A DNA stretch of 64,000 nt from assembly GCA_013239625.1 (NCBI GenBank), contig MU056050.1, positions 1,102,084 to 1,166,083 of the forward strand, read 5' to 3'. Below are positions 1 to 11,889 of the stretch, piece by piece. How positions within the stretch are numbered: position 1 is the stretch's first letter; each line of letters starts with the position of its first letter. The position numbers and the translations under genes are program-made. The notes under the pieces were generated by a model. It did no database searches and had not been told where the DNA came from. It saw only the letters and a program-made list of their open reading frames with translations. Origin of the DNA: Lama guanicoe. Its lineage: Eukaryota.

Positions 1-35
1 GGCGGGACAGAGATTGTCTTAGCTCAATCAGCCTT

Positions 36-180
36 AGAGCCTGACGCCCCGCACTCTGGGAGTTTAGGCCCAGTTTCTGTGCTCGGCAGTCCCAACCTCA
101 GAGCATGGCGCCCCGCACTCTGGGAGTTTAGGCCCAGTTTCTGTGCTCGGCAGCCCTCAGGTCATGAGTGGCCCCCCGCA
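36..180 (+). repeat. 64-bp-period tandem monomers in the L1 5'UTR
   Basis: 45-89 and 109-153 are identical (cgccccgcactctgggagtttaggcccagtttctgtgctcggcag); partial third unit to about 180. Confidence 0.85.
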
Positions 181-1000
181 ATTGATGGCCTACTAGATCA
201 AGATTTCAGAAAAGGACTGATCAAAGTACTGAAGGAACTAAAAGAAATAGTGTTTAGAGATATAAAATATGTCAAAAATGAAATAGAAGCTATAAAGAAG
301 AACCAAGTAGAATTAGTAAACTCATTTGCTGAGATGAGAGCTGACCTAAAGGCTGTACAAAGCAGGCTAGATAATGCAGAGGAACAAATAAGTGACCTAG
401 AAGACAGGACAACAGAAAGCATCCAATCAGAACAGCTGAGAGAAAAACAAATAAAAAACAATGAAAACAAGATAAGGAACCTATGGGATAATATAAAGCG
501 TGCCAATCTATGCATAATAGGGGTTCCAGAAGGGGAAGAAAGAACAAAGGGGATTGAAAAGGTATATGAAGAAATCATGACTGAAAACTTCCCAAACCTA
601 AAGAAGGAATCACATATCCAAGTACAGGAGGCTCAGAGTGTCCCAAACAGGAAGAACCCAAACAGACTCACACCAAGACATATCATGATCAAGATTGCCA
701 GAGTCAAGGATAAAGAAATGATCCTGAAGGCAGCAAGCGAGAAACAAAGAGTGAGTTACAAGGGAACCCCCATAAGGCTCTCAGCTGATTTCTCTTCACA
801 AACACTACAGGCCAGAAGGGAGTGGCAATATATATTCAAAGTCCTGCATGGAAAAAAAGATGCAGCCTAGGATACTCTATCCAGCAAGGCTATCCTTTAG
901 AATAGAAGGAGAGATAAAGAACTTCACAGACAAGCAAAAACTAAAAGGGTTTAGCAACACTAAACCCATGCTAAAAGAAATATTGACAGTTCTACTCTAA
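181..1000 (+). pseudogene. L1 ORF1p (coiled coil-RRM-CTD); no in-frame ATG seen; frameshift in the A-run at about 852-858
   Basis: IDGLLDQDFRKG... continues to LHGKK. The shifted frame then gives MQPRILYPARLSFRIEGEIKNFTDKQKLKGFSNTKPMLKEILTVLL* (TAA 998-1000), the typical ORF1 C-terminus. Confidence 0.9.
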
Positions 1001-1559
1001 ATAGAAAAGAAGCAGGATGCTACAAAAATGAAAAACTCATAACTGGAAAGGTGATAACTACCATGAATTACAAATAATAGAATAAACACAAAATTGTAAG
1101 AGAAGACATCTAAATCATTAAGAGTGGGAGAGGGAAGCAAAGAAAGCCACTGTGGAAAACAGTATAGAGATTCCTCAAAAGACTAGGAATAGACTTAACA
1201 TATGACCCAGGAATCCCACTCCTGGGCATATATCCAGAAGGAACCCTACTTCAAAATGACACCTGCACCCCAATGTTCATAGCAGCACTATTTACAATAG
1301 CCAAGACATGGAAGCAGCCTAAATGTCCATCAGCAGATGACTGGATAAAGAAGCTGTAGTATATTTATACAATGGAATACTATTCAGCCACAAAAATTGA
1401 CAACATAACGCCATTTGCAGCAACATAGATGTTCCTGGAGAATGTCACTGTAAGTGAAGTAAGCCAGAAAGAGAAAGAAAGATACCATATGAGATCACTC
1501 ATATGTGGAATCTGAAAAAAAAAAAAACAAAAAACAAAGAAACACAATATGAAAAGGTT

Positions 1560-2620
1560 TGGAGATGAGAGCAAGCACACGATCTTCAGGAACTGAAAAT
1601 TCAATCCTGGAGCCTAGAGCTTGAAGGTGGGAGTAGTAATTATAGGTAAGATGTAGGAGGGGAGCAGAAGCTAAACAACAAGGACTGAAAGCCATGTATT
1701 AGATGCAGTACTAATTGCAATTAGAAACCGTTGAGTGGTTTTAAGCAGGGAGGTGAGGTAGCCAGATATATGTTTTAAAAGTTCACTCTTAAAACTCTGT
1801 GCACCTAGCAGGGCAGAGTGGAGTGGAAGGACTAGAGGAGAGTTGCATGATTATTTAGGAAGGTGTTGCAGAATTCAGTGTGAGCGATAAATGGAGGCAT
1901 GAACTAGTGTTGTGGCGGTGAAGTTGGACGCAGGAGATTTTGGTGTCATAGTTCACTAGACTTGGCGATGCATTAGCTAAGGCACAGGGAAAGGCATCAG
2001 ACAGCGACTCAGTGATGAATCCTGCTTTCTGGCTTAGACAACCATTTTCGAAGAGAGAGAATACTGTAGGAGAAGAATTATGAAATTGGAGTTGATGATA
2101 ATTTAGCTTTTCCAGTGAGACATCCCTTTGGAATTTTTCATGAAAAAGTTGGATATACGTGAATGGAAAGAAGAGGAGAATTTGGGATGAAGATAAAAAT
2201 TTTAGAGTCATCAACATATGAGCAGTGGTTGAAGCCATTTGAGTTGTGAACACTCAGGGAGAGTGTATAGGTTTGTAAGAAAGACCTTAGAACAGAACCC
2301 TGAGGAGAAAGCACTCATAGTTAAGGTATGGCCATAGTAAAAGTAGCCAACAAAAGAGACTGAAAAGGAGACAAATCTGGAGAATGTGGTTTTATAGAAA
2401 GCAAGGGAGAAGAATACCTTGAAAAGGAGGTGACAGCCAACCGTGTCAAAAGATTCTAGCTAAGTATTACAAAAAGAGTGTGTAGATTCAACAACAAGGA
2501 TGTCTGTGATCTTGGTAAAGGTGGTTTCAGTAGAGTGATGAGTATAGAAACCACATTGGAATAGATTGATTAGAAAGTAAATGGGATTTGAAGAGTTTGA
2601 TTGAATATCTGGGGGAAGGT
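1560..2620 (-). mobile_element. LINE-2 fragment, old
   Basis: Antisense L2-like text (gagtggttttaagcagggagg, tttagagtcatcaacatat, gtggtttcagtagagtgatg). Confidence 0.65.
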
Positions 2621-2689
2621 GTCTTTGGACCGGGGCCAGAACTCTTAGTGGCAGTGGTAGTGGTGATGGGGGTGCATCCTAGAATTTTG

Positions 2690-3815
2690 CCTACCACAGT
2701 GTCATATCTACAAAAAATTTGCCTTAGTCAAAGTCACAAAGTTTTTCTCCTATGTTTTCTTCCAGAAGATTCATAGTTTTAGGTTTATGTTCAGATCTAT
2801 GATTCATCTTCAGATACTTTTTATACAAGTTGTGAGGTTCCTTTGGTTTTTGTTTATTTTTTGCATATAAATATCCAATTATTTCAGGACTCTCTGTTTA
2901 AAAGCCTCTTCTTTTTCTACTCAGCTGCCTTTGTTGAAAATCAGTTGCCCATTTATATGTGGTTGTATTTCTGTAGTTTATATTATTATTTTAATTTGTC
3001 GTCTCATGTTTATGCCAATGCCATACTGTCTTGATTACTATAAATTTACAATATTGATCTTCTGACTTTTCTAGGTCCTTTGCATTTGCATTTTTATATG
3101 AGTTTTAGATCCAACTTGTCAATTTCTATGTAAAAACCTACAGAGATTTTGATTGGAAATGCTTTGAATAAATAGATGAATTTGGGGAGAGTTGATATCT
3201 TAACTATTGAATTTAATCCATGAACAAGATTTTTCTTCATTTAATGAGTTTTTCTTTAATTTATCTCAGCAGTGTTATGTTGCATTCAGTGTCTAGATCT
3301 TGCACGTCAGGTTTATCCCAAAGTACTTCATATTTTTGTTGCTTTGTATAAGTATTGTTTTTAGATTGAATTTTCTATTGTTCATTGATAGGATGATTAC
3401 AATTGATTTTTAGTTAAACTTTTTATTTTGAGATAATGGTATATCCACATGCAGTTGTAAGAAATAATACAGAAAAATTCCATGTGTATTTAACTCAGTT
3501 TGCCTCAGTGGTGATAGGTTGCAAAATTGTAATACAACATCACAACTAGGATATCGATATTGATACAGCCAGGATACAGAACATTTCCATCTCTACAAGG
3601 ATCACTCATGTTGTCTTTTTATGTAGCCCCATCCACTCCCCTCATTCCCTCCCACCTTCACCTCTCCTTATTCCCTGGCAGCCATTAATCTGTGTGACTC
3701 TTTGTATAATATTGTCATTTAAAGAATGTTGTGCAACTGAAATCATATAGCACATTACCTTTTGGGAATTGGCTTCTTTCATTCATCATCATTCTCTTCA
3801 ATTCATCCAGAAAGG
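2690..3815 (-). mobile_element. Old L1 fragments (ORF2 piece plus an L1MC/MD-like 3' end from about 3410)
   Basis: Antisense L1 text (gattttgattggaaatgctttgaat; ttttattttgagataat...cacatgcagttgtaagaaataatac). Confidence 0.75.
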
Positions 3816-3929
3816 TTGGAAATGCATCATTAAAATGTGTATGTCAGATGTATATAATTATTATTATAATTTATCTTTCCTGCTTCTTCTGAAATCATAA
3901 TATTAACGAGGATGGACAAACTATTTCAG

Positions 3930-4072
3930 TAGCCATATGATCAGTGGAAGATAGCAGAGAACTGGAGATAGTATCTCTAAGCTTCAAGTTGTAGCCATTA
4001 GAGTTCCTCTTTTCCACTGAAGACCACTAGGAGGAAGGATTGGAGGCTCCTGACATGACTTTCACCTTGAAT
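3930..4072 (-). pseudogene. Candidate decayed exon of the minus-strand fossil gene (IQGESHVRSLQSFLLVVFSGKEEL*WLQLEA*RYYLQFSAIFH)
   Basis: Non-repeat island with a protein-like frame that would continue ...ICQLLD from the 4602-4731 exon; acceptor degenerate; in-frame stops. Confidence 0.35.
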
Positions 4073-4601
4073 TGATTTAGCAAGACCTCTTCTTTCCCAG
4101 AAAACCATACATATATGTTTACATGTATATGTCATATTTATATAATTAATTCTTGTTTGAAGTTTATCCTTTATGTTATCTAAATTATAGTGAGGAGTTC
4201 TTTGGGCATTTGTCAGATTTTTCAAGAGTTGGAAATATGTGCGAGCAGCAGGCCTTGCTTCAGTTGGACAACTGTAATTTCACATTTAACCAAATCTCCT
4301 CTCTTCATTAAGTGTAGTACCAAGATAAGTAAAATAAAAATGCAATGCCAAATAGCAAGACCTGCCCTATATTTTCACAAAAGAGACAATTTAGAATAAG
4401 TATTCTTCTGTGGGCTAATAGAATAATTGCATACTTAGGGTGTTTGTGTTCAGGATTGATATCATCTTCCTATTCCTGTGTTTCTAAGGAACCTGTCACC
4501 TTGGTATCTAAGCATTAAAACACTTTGTAGAGAAAGAAATGCTTCTTGAAGCCTACTCTCTCCCTGGAATTTGTAGAGACATGCTATGTAGCTGGGCTCA
4601 C

Positions 4602-4731
4602 ATCCAGTAGTTGGCATATAGCTTGCAGTTCTGCAGATTTCAGTTCTTTCTGGAGAGCAAACTGCATAGCTGAAAGTATTCGAAGTCCACTTTCATTCAC
4701 AGTACCAGATGCTTTTGAAACAAATAGGTAG
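4602..4731 (-). pseudogene. Exon of fossil gene, EF-hand-like: YLFVSKASGTVNESGLRILSAMQFALQKELKSAELQAICQLLD
   Basis: Acceptor ccccacacccttctAG, donor gat|GTGAGC; 130 nt stop-free; SGTVN...helix...LLD pattern resembles calmodulin/centrin-type EF-hand pairs. Confidence 0.6.
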
Positions 4732-5769
4732 CTAGAAGGGTGTGGGGCAAGGACTGTGTAGATACACGTACAAATGAAAACATGCATACGTATTTATACA
4801 TTGTGGCTAGTACCAGATTTAATATTTCTCAGTTAATTAGACTCACTGAATGTAAGGTGTTAGCATCCTTTTTAGAGTGGAGAGGGGTTCATATCTAGGG
4901 AGCTGAGTCCAACACAGCTTTTAACATCAATGATATTATACCACAGTAGGGGGCTTCATATTGCTTCTGAGCAATTCTCAATACAACTACTGGGAGACTT
5001 TTGCAGAGAAGGTGGGTATAACAAGGCAACGTCTGTAAAACTGACAATTATTTCTTATTATATGAGGTATTTGTAACAAATTATAAAAATAAATAATTTC
5101 TTAATATGAATTTTAAAATTCTTTATATGGATTAATTAATTTTTATATGGACCAGTAAAAAATGGGCTTGTGAGTGGTACAGTATATTTACCAGTCTAGT
5201 TTAATGATAACACTGGGGTTTATAGTACTTTGAAAACTGAAAATATACAGTTGCTTAGAGAATATTTTTGTGTCAGTTTGTATTGACTGTGAGAAGCTGA
5301 TGACCTTGTCTATTTCCTAGAAGTTCTAGGAGTTTCTGTTTTTCCTGATTTTACCTTGAATATTAGAAGAAGAGAGTGAGTGAGAGCAAGAGGGTGGGGG
5401 AAACGAGAGCCTGAGGAAGGAAGGAAAGGTGACTGTATAAAAGGAAAAATATCTGGGTGCAAAAGAAAAGAAAAAGTCAACCATCCAGGCATTTTAGATT
5501 AATTTAGATGGTACAAGAAAGGAAGTGACTATAAGCAGTTTTGCACACCTTTTATCAATGAACCCATTATTCCCTTTTTGGATGAAATTTTCACACAAGT
5601 AGTTTTAGAATTTATTCTAAGATACCAATTTTTCAAATAGCATCTAGCCTTATTCTTAGGGTTCGTGAAGTTAAGCACTCATATGTTTAAAGAGAATCTT
5701 CATAGAAGATGTATTTGAAGATAATCTTCTAGGCAAAATAATCCTTCCAGACACTAATTTCCCACCCTT

Positions 5770-6215
5770 TTATTGAGACAAAATTTACCTATGCTAGATA
5801 TTTCATATGAATAGAATTATAGAATATGTTACATTTTATGTCTGACTCTTTTTACTCAGCAAAATGTTTTCAAGATCCATTCACATTGTAACATGTATCA
5901 GTACTTTATTCCATTTTATGGATGAATAATCCATTGTTTATATGTATTTGTGTGTATATGTATGTATTATTTACCCAGTCATCTGTTGACATATATTCGT
6001 GCTGTTTCCACTTTTTGGCTATTGTGAATAAGCTGCTGTTAACATTCATGTACATTTGTTTGAGTACCTGTTTCCAGTTCCTTTGATTATATACTTAGGA
6101 GTGGAATTGTTGGATGATATAGCAATTCTATGTTTAACTTTTTGAGGAACCACGAAACTTTTCCACAGTGGCTGTTATAGTCCCACTAGCAATGTACAAA
6201 GGTTCTAATCTCTAT
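5770..6215 (-). mobile_element. Old L1 3' end (L1MB-like)
   Basis: Antisense L1 3' text (ttttgaggaaccacgaaac...tcccactagcaatgtac). Confidence 0.75.
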
Positions 6216-7737
6216 GATGGATGTTGGAACGAGAGGTTTATTACATATATAGTTACAAAGTAACAGAAGTAGGAAAAACATCCTGGTCTTTTTGGTAGAA
6301 GCCCATTATAAATTGCATCATTCTCTGCTCAGATGATGCTAATTTGGAAACAGAGCTATAAGTAGTTATAATTTCTGGTTATGGAGAAAAGGTTTGTGTA
6401 TGCATGAGTAAAGAAACAACGAGAGGGATTTGTCAAGAATTCTGTCAATTCTAAGGTTCTCTTAACCTGCATTTTATTGTTTGAGTTAATGTCATAATGA
6501 TTGACTTTGCTAATTTTGATCAGAAAGTGTCCTTAAAATTCATCCTTTTAAATTGTATAATTGAGTGGTTTTTAGTACACTTATACATTATGCAACTATC
6601 ACCACATCTAAGTTTAGAACATTTTCATCACTCCAAAAAGAAACTTGGTACTCATTAACAGTTACTCCCCATTTCCCCTTCCCATTCAAACCCCTGGCAA
6701 AGACTAATCTACTTTCTATCTCTGGGTTTGCCTATTCTGGTCATTTCCTATAAATGGAATCATAGAACATATGCTTTTATGACTTTTTTTCACTTAGTCT
6801 AATGTTTTCAAGGTTCATCCATGTTGTAGAATGTACTTTATTCCCTTTTAGAGCCAAATGATATTCCATTTATGGATATACCAATTTAGTTATTCATTAA
6901 TCAGTTGATGGACATTAAGATTGTTTCTGTATTTTGGCTCTTATCAATAATACTGACATGAAAATCCATGTACATTTTTTGTGCAGAAATATATTTTCAT
7001 TTCTCTTAAGTTATAGACACACACATTGAATCACTGTATCATATCATAATTCTATGTTTAACTTTTTGGCAAACTGTCAAATTGTTTCCCAAAGTAGTTG
7101 AACCGTTTTACAGTACTGATGGCAACGCATGAGGGTTTCGATTTCTCCACATCGTCACCAACTTTTGTTGTTGTCTATTTTTTAATTTTTAGTCAATCTA
7201 GCGGGTGTGAAGCAGTATCTCACCGTGTCTTTGATTTGCATTTTACCTGATGGCTAATGGTGTTGAGCATCTTTTTATGTATGTATTGGCCATTTGTATC
7301 TCTTCCTTGGAAAAACATCTTTTCAGATCTTTTGCACATTTTTAAATTGGGTTATTTATCTTTTTATTGTTGAACTATAAGTCATTTAAAATATATATTC
7401 TGAACACATATCCCTTGTAAGATATATGATTGGAAAGCATATGATTGGAAAGTTCTCTCATTCTGTGAGTTGCCTCTTCATTTTCTTCAGTTTCTCCTGA
7501 AGCACAAAAGGTTTTAATTTTGAGAGTGTCAATTTTATGTATTTTTTAAAAAGTTTTATTGCTTATGCTTGTGGTATCTTGTTTAAGAAGACTTTGTCTA
7601 ATCTAAGGTCTGGTGATTTGCACCTATTTTTTATTCTAAGAATCTTATATCTTTAGCTCCTACATTTAGGTCTGTAATCCATTTTGAGTTAATGATTGTA
7701 TATGGTGTAGCTAAAGATTCAACTTTATCCTTTTACG

Positions 7738-8173
7738 TGTATCAGGAATTGCCATATGTCATGGTGGCGAATTATGATAACAAGCCAAGCTGAAAGTAAC
7801 AATCAAAGCCTTTATTCACTTACTGTGCTAGTATAAGCAAGAGGCTTAACAAAAGGCTCCTGCTGTTTCATGGACCCAGGGGCTGGGGAGAGGGAGAAAA
7901 GGAAGGCTTGGAGTGGAAAAGTACTAAATAATGGAGATAAGTCCCTTGATAAGGAGGTCCCATTGAGACATGTGGGATAGGAATACAGATGTGCATAGGA
8001 GCATGGAGTCCTTGACTGCAGCTCCCTTCAGAGCTTGCAGTGCACTGGCTGTGTACAGCATCTGATGTGGAGAAGGCAGGTTTCCCCCTCGCGTGGGGCT
8101 GCCAGATAAAATCTTTACAGTCACTAATGGTCTGGCCTAAAAAGATTACATATGGAAATTTGGTCTGGAGCCA
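7738..8173 (-). mobile_element. Solo LTR nested in L1
   Basis: About 436-bp non-L1 block with TG...CA ends; AATAAA on the minus strand (tttatt at about 7811); L1 text resumes after it. Confidence 0.6.
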
Positions 8174-8462
8174 GATGTGGTAGCCCTTTGTCCCAGAAGT
8201 ATTTGTTGAAGGGACTATTCCTACCCTGTTGAACGATCTTGGCACCCTTTTGGAAAATCAACAAGCATTTATCTATGGACTCTGAATTCTAGTGCATTGG
8301 TCTACGTGTCTGTCCTTATGCAAGTACTATACTGTCTTGATTGCTGCAGCTGTGTAATATGTTTTGAAATCAGGAAGTATGATTCTTCCAACTTTGTTCT
8401 TATCAAGATTGTTTTGGCTCTTTTGGATCCTTTGCATTTCCATATGAATTTTAGGATAACTT

Positions 8463-8624
8463 AGGAAGGTGGCTATAGCTCTAATGATAGAGTGCATGCT
8501 TAGCATGCGTGAGGTCCTGGGTTGAATCCCCAGTACCTCCTCTAAATATAAATAAATAAATAAACCTAATTACCCTCCCCAATAAAATAAATAAACTTAA
8601 AAAGATAAATGTGTTAAAAAAAAA
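8463..8624 (+). mobile_element. tRNA-derived SINE (Vic-1-like, camelid) with 17-bp TSD
   Basis: tRNA-like head with A/B-box-like motifs (tatagctc...ggttgaatccc), (AAAT)n and A-rich tail; TSD gaattttaggataactt at 8446-8462 and 8625-8641. Confidence 0.9.
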
Positions 8625-9009
8625 GAATTTTAGGATAACTTGGTCAATTCTTAACAGTTTTCTTAATCATAAAAACTAATTATTATCAAAATAATTTATT
8701 ATGTAATTTTGAAAATTATTACTTAGATGTGTTGCATATGGTAGCTTTATTAACAGAACATGTGATCAGCTGGAATACCTTGCTTGCTTTTGCTTGTTAG
8801 GGGAATTTTTTTAAAGTATAATGGATGGATGTAATGTAATATGATAAAAATAAGAAGTATTTAAAGAATAGAAGTTACTTAATGGAAGAGAATCCATAGG
8901 GGATTGTTGTTATTGAAATGTAATCGTTTTTGATTAAAAGACAGTAACAATATTTAATGAGAAATAACTAAAATAACTAAAATTTATATACACTACATGA
9001 TTGCTAATT

Positions 9010-9190
9010 TTAGCCTTACAATTCCCAATAAGAGGAGTAGTAGACCAATATTATTAACCAGTTTTACAGAGATGTGAATTAGAGCTCAGAGATATCAAGT
9101 GATTTGCCGCAATTCATACAGTAAACTAGAGACAACCCTTGAACATGTTTCCAATCATCATATGCAATATTCTTCCACTCTAAAACAGCT
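9010..9190 (-). mobile_element. MIR SINE
   Basis: Antisense MIR core (ttttacagagatg...gctcagagatatcaagtgatttgcc). Confidence 0.6.
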
Positions 9191-9322
9191 ATCTTCTTGT
9201 GGATATAAATTGTTTTATTCAATATGAAAATTTGCACTTAAGTTTAGAAACAGTTACATGTGATTTATTAATTCTGTAGCAGTTATGGAGCTAACCACTT
9301 GATACTGTTCACCCCGTCCTTC

Positions 9323-9356
9323 ATATATATATATATATGTGTATATATATATATAC
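9323..9356. repeat. (TA)n microsatellite
   Basis: Direct inspection. Confidence 0.9.
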
Positions 9357-9375
9357 ACTTTGACAAGTCAGTCAC

Positions 9376-9540
9376 TTTGAAGAGCTTAACATCCAGCTGT
9401 GTAGATTCACATGCATATTTGGGGCAATATGAGGGCAAAATGGCAAGTAAACAAAAGAAATTAAATGACATTCATAATGTGTAACAGTGAAAATGACACT
9501 GCGGTTGGTGGCCAAAAGCTTTTTATTGGGAGACAGGAGC
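9376..9540 (-). pseudogene. Candidate decayed exon (LLSPNKKLLATNRSVIFTVTHYECHLISFVYLPFCPHIAPNMHVNLHSWMLSSS)
   Basis: Acceptor ggctttAG at 9542-9541, donor-like aaa|GTGACT, 165 nt stop-free. Confidence 0.4.
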
Positions 9541-11269
9541 CTAAAGCCAACTCTTAAATACATTGACAGATGTAGTTTAGACATATACTAGGCAATAGGA
9601 AATTGGAATCTCCATTAGGGAAGGACCATGCCCTGTTTATTTCCGAATTCTCAGTGACTAGCACATTACTTTGTACAGAGTAGGTGCTCAGTGGTGTAAG
9701 TTAACTTAATTGATGGAATAAACCCACCCACACACGGAGAACAACATGTTTAAAAGTGTTGAAACATGTATAAAAATGTTGACATGGAGAAGAGAGTACT
9801 TGGAGAACTGTACAATATTCGATGACTTTTGATAGCTTCTCACTCTACATTTAACTTATATTATGCAAAAATTGTACATTCTTTCCATGGCCTCTGGTCA
9901 TAACACAGAAGATTTGTCTATTTCTCACATTGTTTGGGAGTAATGCCTGGGTCAGATCTCAGATATAAATCTCTCTGTGAATAAGCTAAAAATCTTCCTC
10001 TGTGTTTTGTTTTTTCCTCTTTGTTTTTTAATCATTTTCCAATTCCATCTCAAATATTGCCCTTTTCTGATAATAGCTGTACATTGTGCTTTATGAGATG
10101 AATTTTAATAAACAATGAGGTGTAGTGCCAAGCCAACATTTTTAGACAGTTTGGGGCAAGCCTTAGAGAAAATGCAATAATGTCACAAAGATTTATATTG
10201 CAAATAACCCAGCCTCTGATAGCATGAAGCTAAGCTCCTTGAATGTCCCTTAAAGAATGTTCGAAGTGACATTATTTGCAAATGCCAGTGTAACCAGAAC
10301 CCCGGAGCTGAAACCTTTCTTTTTGACCTCCCAGTGATGGAAGATGCAGGAGTAACCAAGACAGATTGTGAGCTGGAGAGACAGATCCTTTTCTAAGAAG
10401 GAACACAACTGGATCCTCCTGTCTCTTAATCATATCAAGTAAATATAACTTACAACTTGAAGTAATACTTCAAGTACGTTGCTCTGTATTTAGCTTTGGT
10501 ATACCTTTTTACCCCCTGGGGCCATGACTATTGATTATAGCCAAGTTAATGAAACTAGTACCTGTATTGACTTAGGTGCTTCTGAGCATAGATTACCTTT
10601 TGAAGGTGAAAAAACAAATAGAGCAACTGCCCTAAAATTGGGATCAGTTTATTTTAGGTAGGCAGTTATTAATGAGATGAGCATTGAAGAACAGGGCCTG
10701 GGCAGGAAGGACCCCTCCCAGTTAACTGTCTGTTAGCAACAGCTGTTGGGAATGGCAGGAGGGTTAAAACTGATCTCTAAAATGGGCATAGGTGAAACAA
10801 ACAACTTGTTCTATTAGAGGATTTAGAATGACGTGTGCTGTGCTGAATCCTGCCTCATGGTATAGAATAGTTTATCTATCCAGAGAAAAAAGGCTTTGCT
10901 TTCCCATATTGGGTTTAACCAGCCATCTTACAGGTATATGCTTGTAAAGGAGTCAGTATGAACAGGTACTCATTGTAGCTTGGGATAATTCAACGCCATG
11001 ACTGTCTGAAGTTTCTTGCCTTCCTGATACTCAGTGAAATGTGTTATCAGTGTATGAAAGAAATTATTTATCTTGAACTGTGTGAGTTGACAACACTATA
11101 TTAGTTAATACACCTATAAATATTAATTGTATCTTGAATAATAGAAAGCATATAGTGCTTTCAAACTGGCAGTCCTTGGGCCTGTTTTGGCACACACACA
11201 TGTACATTGCTTGAGCAAGAAGTAGACCTCTATATGGCTGAAAAGAAATGGAAAATCCAGAGATTTCAC

Positions 11270-11481
11270 CTAAAAATCTAGTTTTATGACTTCTTTTAAA
11301 CCTGGTCGATTTTGCCACAAGGTTCTCATGTTCGTGCTGGCAATAGTCAGCTAGAGCTAAGAATAAGAAGCACCTTCTTTTCTCAGGAAGGGCAGGAACT
11401 CTAAAGATTGCCACAACTTCCACTGAATCCTATTTTTAAACACCCAGTCCACTTCATGTATTTATGTAACCAGACTGGCAC
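11270..11481 (-). pseudogene. Candidate decayed exon (ASLVT*IHEVDWVFKNRIQWKLWQSLEFLPFLRKEGASYS*L*LTIASTNMRTLWQNRPGLKEVIKLDF)
   Basis: Acceptor gcttacAG, donor tag|GTGAAA; protein-like composition with several stops. Confidence 0.45.
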
Positions 11482-11889
11482 CTGTAAGCATCTGTGTTCG
11501 AGACGCCTGCAAAGATTACTATGTGAAATGTAAAACTTAGCCTGAATCAGTGAAAGATGAAAATTACAATAATTTTAAAAGAAAGGCAGTTGTTCTCTTC
11601 AAGCACGTAATTCATCAGAGCATGGAACCAATCATTGAATCACAGCTTGAATGTGGTATTGCTCCCAGCGTCCTTAGAAATCACCTAGCCAGATCCCCTC
11701 ATTTTACAAATGGAAAATCTGAGGTCCAGAGAGTCTAAGCAAGCTGCCGAAGGCCTTCATAGTTAGTTTCTAAAACAACTGATAACCAGAAATATTAGTT
11801 CACAACTCTTTTTAACCATTCTTGCTACTTCCAATAAATAGGTAGGATGTTTTCAAATAGGACATGATTCAACATCTACTCTATTTTAA

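Larger units (their letters stand above)
1..1553 (+). mobile_element. Relatively young LINE-1, internally deleted: 5'UTR remnant + ORF1 + spacer joined at 1146/1147 to the end of ORF2/3' region; ends in an A-tract
   Basis: ORF 79-870 translates to L1 ORF1p motifs (LWDNIKRANLCIIGVPEGEE, ENFPNL, TPRHIMIK, GTPIRLSADFS). From 1147 the sequence (ccactgtggaaaacag...tatgacccaggaatcccactcctgggc...) is the L1 ORF2 C-terminal/3' region. A-tract at about 1515-1545. Confidence 0.95.
6535..8655 (-). mobile_element. Old L1 (L1MB-like), 3' end into ORF2, interrupted by an LTR and a SINE
   Basis: Antisense L1 text that continues on both sides of the two insertions. Confidence 0.8.

Noticed and set aside
36..180. 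CRISPR-like repeat-spacer pattern
   Set aside because: Only two full copies, inside a mammalian L1 5'UTR; no cas genes or prokaryotic context.
79..870. 263-aa ORF as a host protein-coding gene
   Set aside because: It is L1 ORF1 with a non-ATG start in the 5'UTR repeat and a frameshifted C-terminus.
4430..4600. Read-through EF-hand-like text (YKVF*CLDTKVTGSLETQE*) after the 4602 donor
   Set aside because: Several stops in a short span and it lies behind a good donor; cannot be distinguished from chance without alignment.
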